64,000 bases of DNA from Heptranchias perlo (lineage: Eukaryota), in the NCBI RefSeq assembly GCF_035084215.1, contig NC_090335.1:61442001-61506000 (forward strand), written 5' to 3'. The notes under the pieces are model-generated. The model was given only the letters and a program-made list of their open reading frames with translations. It ran no database searches and was not told the origin of the DNA. Positions 61,536 through 64,000 of the stretch are shown here, piece after piece (position 1 is the first letter of the stretch; each line of letters starts with the position of its first letter). The translations under genes and the position numbers were made by a program.

Positions 61536-62547
61536 GGCCCAGGTTTTGCTGTCAAAATAACAGTGAGGCTAATGGCGCTTGTCGTTATTTATGCGCAAAC
61601 GGTACAGCAACTTCAGGCGAGGGGCAGATGCGCGGTTAAACGTGGAAATCCAGAAGTTGCTGTCCGAGATGCGCTGCTTCACTATTAGCATCGCAAAAAT
61701 GGCATCTCGCTGCCTGACTCACCATAAAATGCATTGAACGGCCTGAAGCTGCTGTTTTTGCACGGTAGATACGAACAAAACTCGCCACAGAAAGTTAAGT
61801 TTTGTCCATTCCAGTCTAAGTATAAGTATTAATTACTGCCAATCAACCTCTCTGGCACTGAAAATTAACTATTACAAATGTGGAGTCTCATTCCTTCAGG
61901 TTTTAATTGTTGGTGGAGATTTTAAAAGTGTAAAATTTTTTTTTCTACTTTTCCTTTCTGTCTCCTTTTTCTCTCTCTCTTAATCCAACCTTTCTTTCCC
62001 TCACTTTATTTCTCTTTCTGTTCCTGATTTGACATTGAATTCACCCACTCTAATTTACGCTTTCTTCTCAATCCTTGCACTGCTAATTTCACAATCTGAT
62101 TGTTTAAGGAGATACCCTGTTGCTTGCCCTGTTCACTCAGGTCCCAGATGCCCTCTTCCCCTCACTGCGACGTTATCACCTCACACTTTCAGCAACTTGC
62201 CACCTAAAAAAAGTTAAAACCTAAATGTGCAAGGGCAAGTCTAAATAACGGCAGTCGCAAATTATAGTATCATAGTAGGTACAGCAAAGGAGGAGGCCAT
62301 TGGGCCCTTCAGGCCTGTGCCGACTCTTTGGAAGAGCTATCTAATTAGTCCCATTCCCCTGCTCTTTCCCCATAGCCCTGTAAATTTTTTCCCTTCAAGT
62401 ATTTATCCAATTCCCTTTTGAAAGTTACTATTGAATCTGCTTCCACCACCATTTCAGGCAGTGTCGTCCAGATCATTACAACTCGCTGCTTAAAAAAATG
62501 TTTCCTCATGTAGCCTCTGGCTCTTTTGCTCTTTGGAATTACGGCCC
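61536..62547. mobile_element. Harbinger-like non-autonomous element containing a CR1 3' end (62262-62530, minus)
   Basis: 3-bp TSD AAC (61533-61535 and 62548-62550), GGCCC...GGCCC ends with weak TIR match, and a CpG-rich interior. Confidence 0.6.
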
Positions 62548-62884
62548 AACATTTTCTGTTTCAACTTCTAACTTCCAGCACTTGCAATTTTTCTTTTTGT
62601 CAACTGAAGTCAGAATCTCCTTAAAGCTATAACATAACTTTTCTTGTTAAATTTTTTAGCTTCAATGAAATTACGAATGAAGTGGCATCATGTACAGTGA
62701 AATCTTGTTATTGCCACTTCCGTCTTATTGTCACCTTTTTGATTGATAAACTAAAAATGGCAGTAACATGAATTTAACAAATCTTTCTGAAATTACAGTT
62801 CGTGCCAGACGTAGGCCTTAAAATTACATTGTGCAAATATTGGACTATGAATGCTTAACATATTTGTATCCTAATATTTGGAGT

Positions 62885-62980
62885 ACATAATTAGGAAATA
62901 GAAACAGGAGTAGGCCATTCAGCCCATCAAGCCTGCTCTACCATTCAATTCATTTACCCGCCTTTGCTCCATAGCCCTTG
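62885..62980 (-). mobile_element. CR1 3' UTR fragment
   Basis: AGGAGTAGGCCATTCAGCCCATCAAGCCTGCTC matches the other CR1 ends. Confidence 0.7.
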
Positions 62981-63251
62981 CTTTGCACCAGAACGGTCAT
63001 TTGTGTTATACGCAAGTGCATGTGAATCCCAAACAATGGCTAAATCAGTGACATCAGTGACAAAATGTCATAGTTTCTATCTGTGACAAGAAGAAAACTT
63101 TTTAACATTCTCAACATATTTCCTACCAATTGCAGTTTGTCAATACTCGTGATGAAAAATCAAAGGTTAAATCATTCCAACGAAATATTGTTCTCAATTG
63201 CAAGTTGATATAAATCATGAGTTTATTATTGTGATTCGAGGCAATATGTTC

Positions 63252-63590
63252 AGATGCCTCAGTGGGTAAATGCACTGACCAGGGTAATACTAAGTCATAG
63301 CGATCAGGAAGATCCCAGATTCAAACTCCAATCAGTTCTAAGTTACCTGATCTCAGCAGGGATGGTATCAGGGACTGTTACAATTTGCCACAGCACCCTG
63401 GATGAAGAAGGGGGAAAAGATCAGTCAGGGTTCCCAATCCTGTTCACTATTGAGTGACTACTGGGAAGGGCATGTGTATGGATGGCAGGTGAGGATAGGA
63501 CTGGGCTTAGCAATTATGCACTCCCACAGTCAAATAGTCTGCTGATACTCACTGTCAATGATTGGAAATAAAGAACTGCCACTTGGTTGA
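63252..63590 (+). mobile_element. Old SINE, family B
   Basis: Head GCCTCAGTGGGTAAA; homologous to 14562-14945. Confidence 0.65.
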
Positions 63591-64000
63591 GAGGCTGCAA
63601 ATCACTTTGCCATTGAACGAAAGAGCATAGATTCATTACTGTGATTCTCGGGAGGATTGAAGATTAACAATTTCCCACAGGGTAAAAAGGGGGAAAATTC
63701 ATCTTGATATGTTTTTATATACTTCCTGCTGGTCAGGAGTAGCACAGGAAGAGGCTTGAAAGTGAGTCACCTGCCCTGTCAACTGGAAATAAAATGCATG
63801 GGAGGCATTGAATAAAATTAGTAAGTTAAAAATAAGAGAATAAAAACTTTTTCAATTAAAAATGGAGTCTGAAAAGCACAGCAGGGCAGAAAGAGCTATG
63901 TAAAGTAACAGCTTTATTAATGCTATCTATTTCTCTTATTAATGACAAGATTAGGGTTCCTTAACATGTACTATTATCTCTAGGTGAAACCAAGTCATTG

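Noticed and set aside
1-64000. CRISPR arrays, prokaryotic systems, or a second Olig paralogue (OLIG1)
   Set aside because: The DNA is eukaryotic, no regularly spaced repeat-spacer array is present, and no second bHLH ORF was found in the window.

Overview
This is vertebrate genomic DNA, most likely from a cartilaginous fish (shark); that is an inference from the CR1/L2/DeuSINE/Penelope repeat set and the OLIG2 protein. One host gene is supported: OLIG2 on the minus strand (CDS 27061-27843). It lies in a ~8.7 kb transposon-free, CpG-retaining domain, with several candidate enhancer blocks in the surrounding gene desert. The rest is dense in decayed and nested transposons: CR1 and L2 LINE fragments, DeuSINE-type SINEs, a young Penelope-like (GIY-YIG) insertion, and PIF/Harbinger-type MITEs with 3-bp TSDs. 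The most notable structures are (1) three minimal hammerhead-ribozyme motifs in Penelope-derived insertions, (2) a nested fold-back at 57.5-58.4 kb with a perfect 88-bp palindrome inside a diverged ~187-bp inverted repeat, (3) a head-to-head pair of intron-containing Myb/SANT pseudogenes that the ORF track misses, and (4) a snap-back plus templated-insertion scar inside a CR1. No database searches were run, so family names come from recognition, and repeat boundaries are approximate unless a TSD is quoted.
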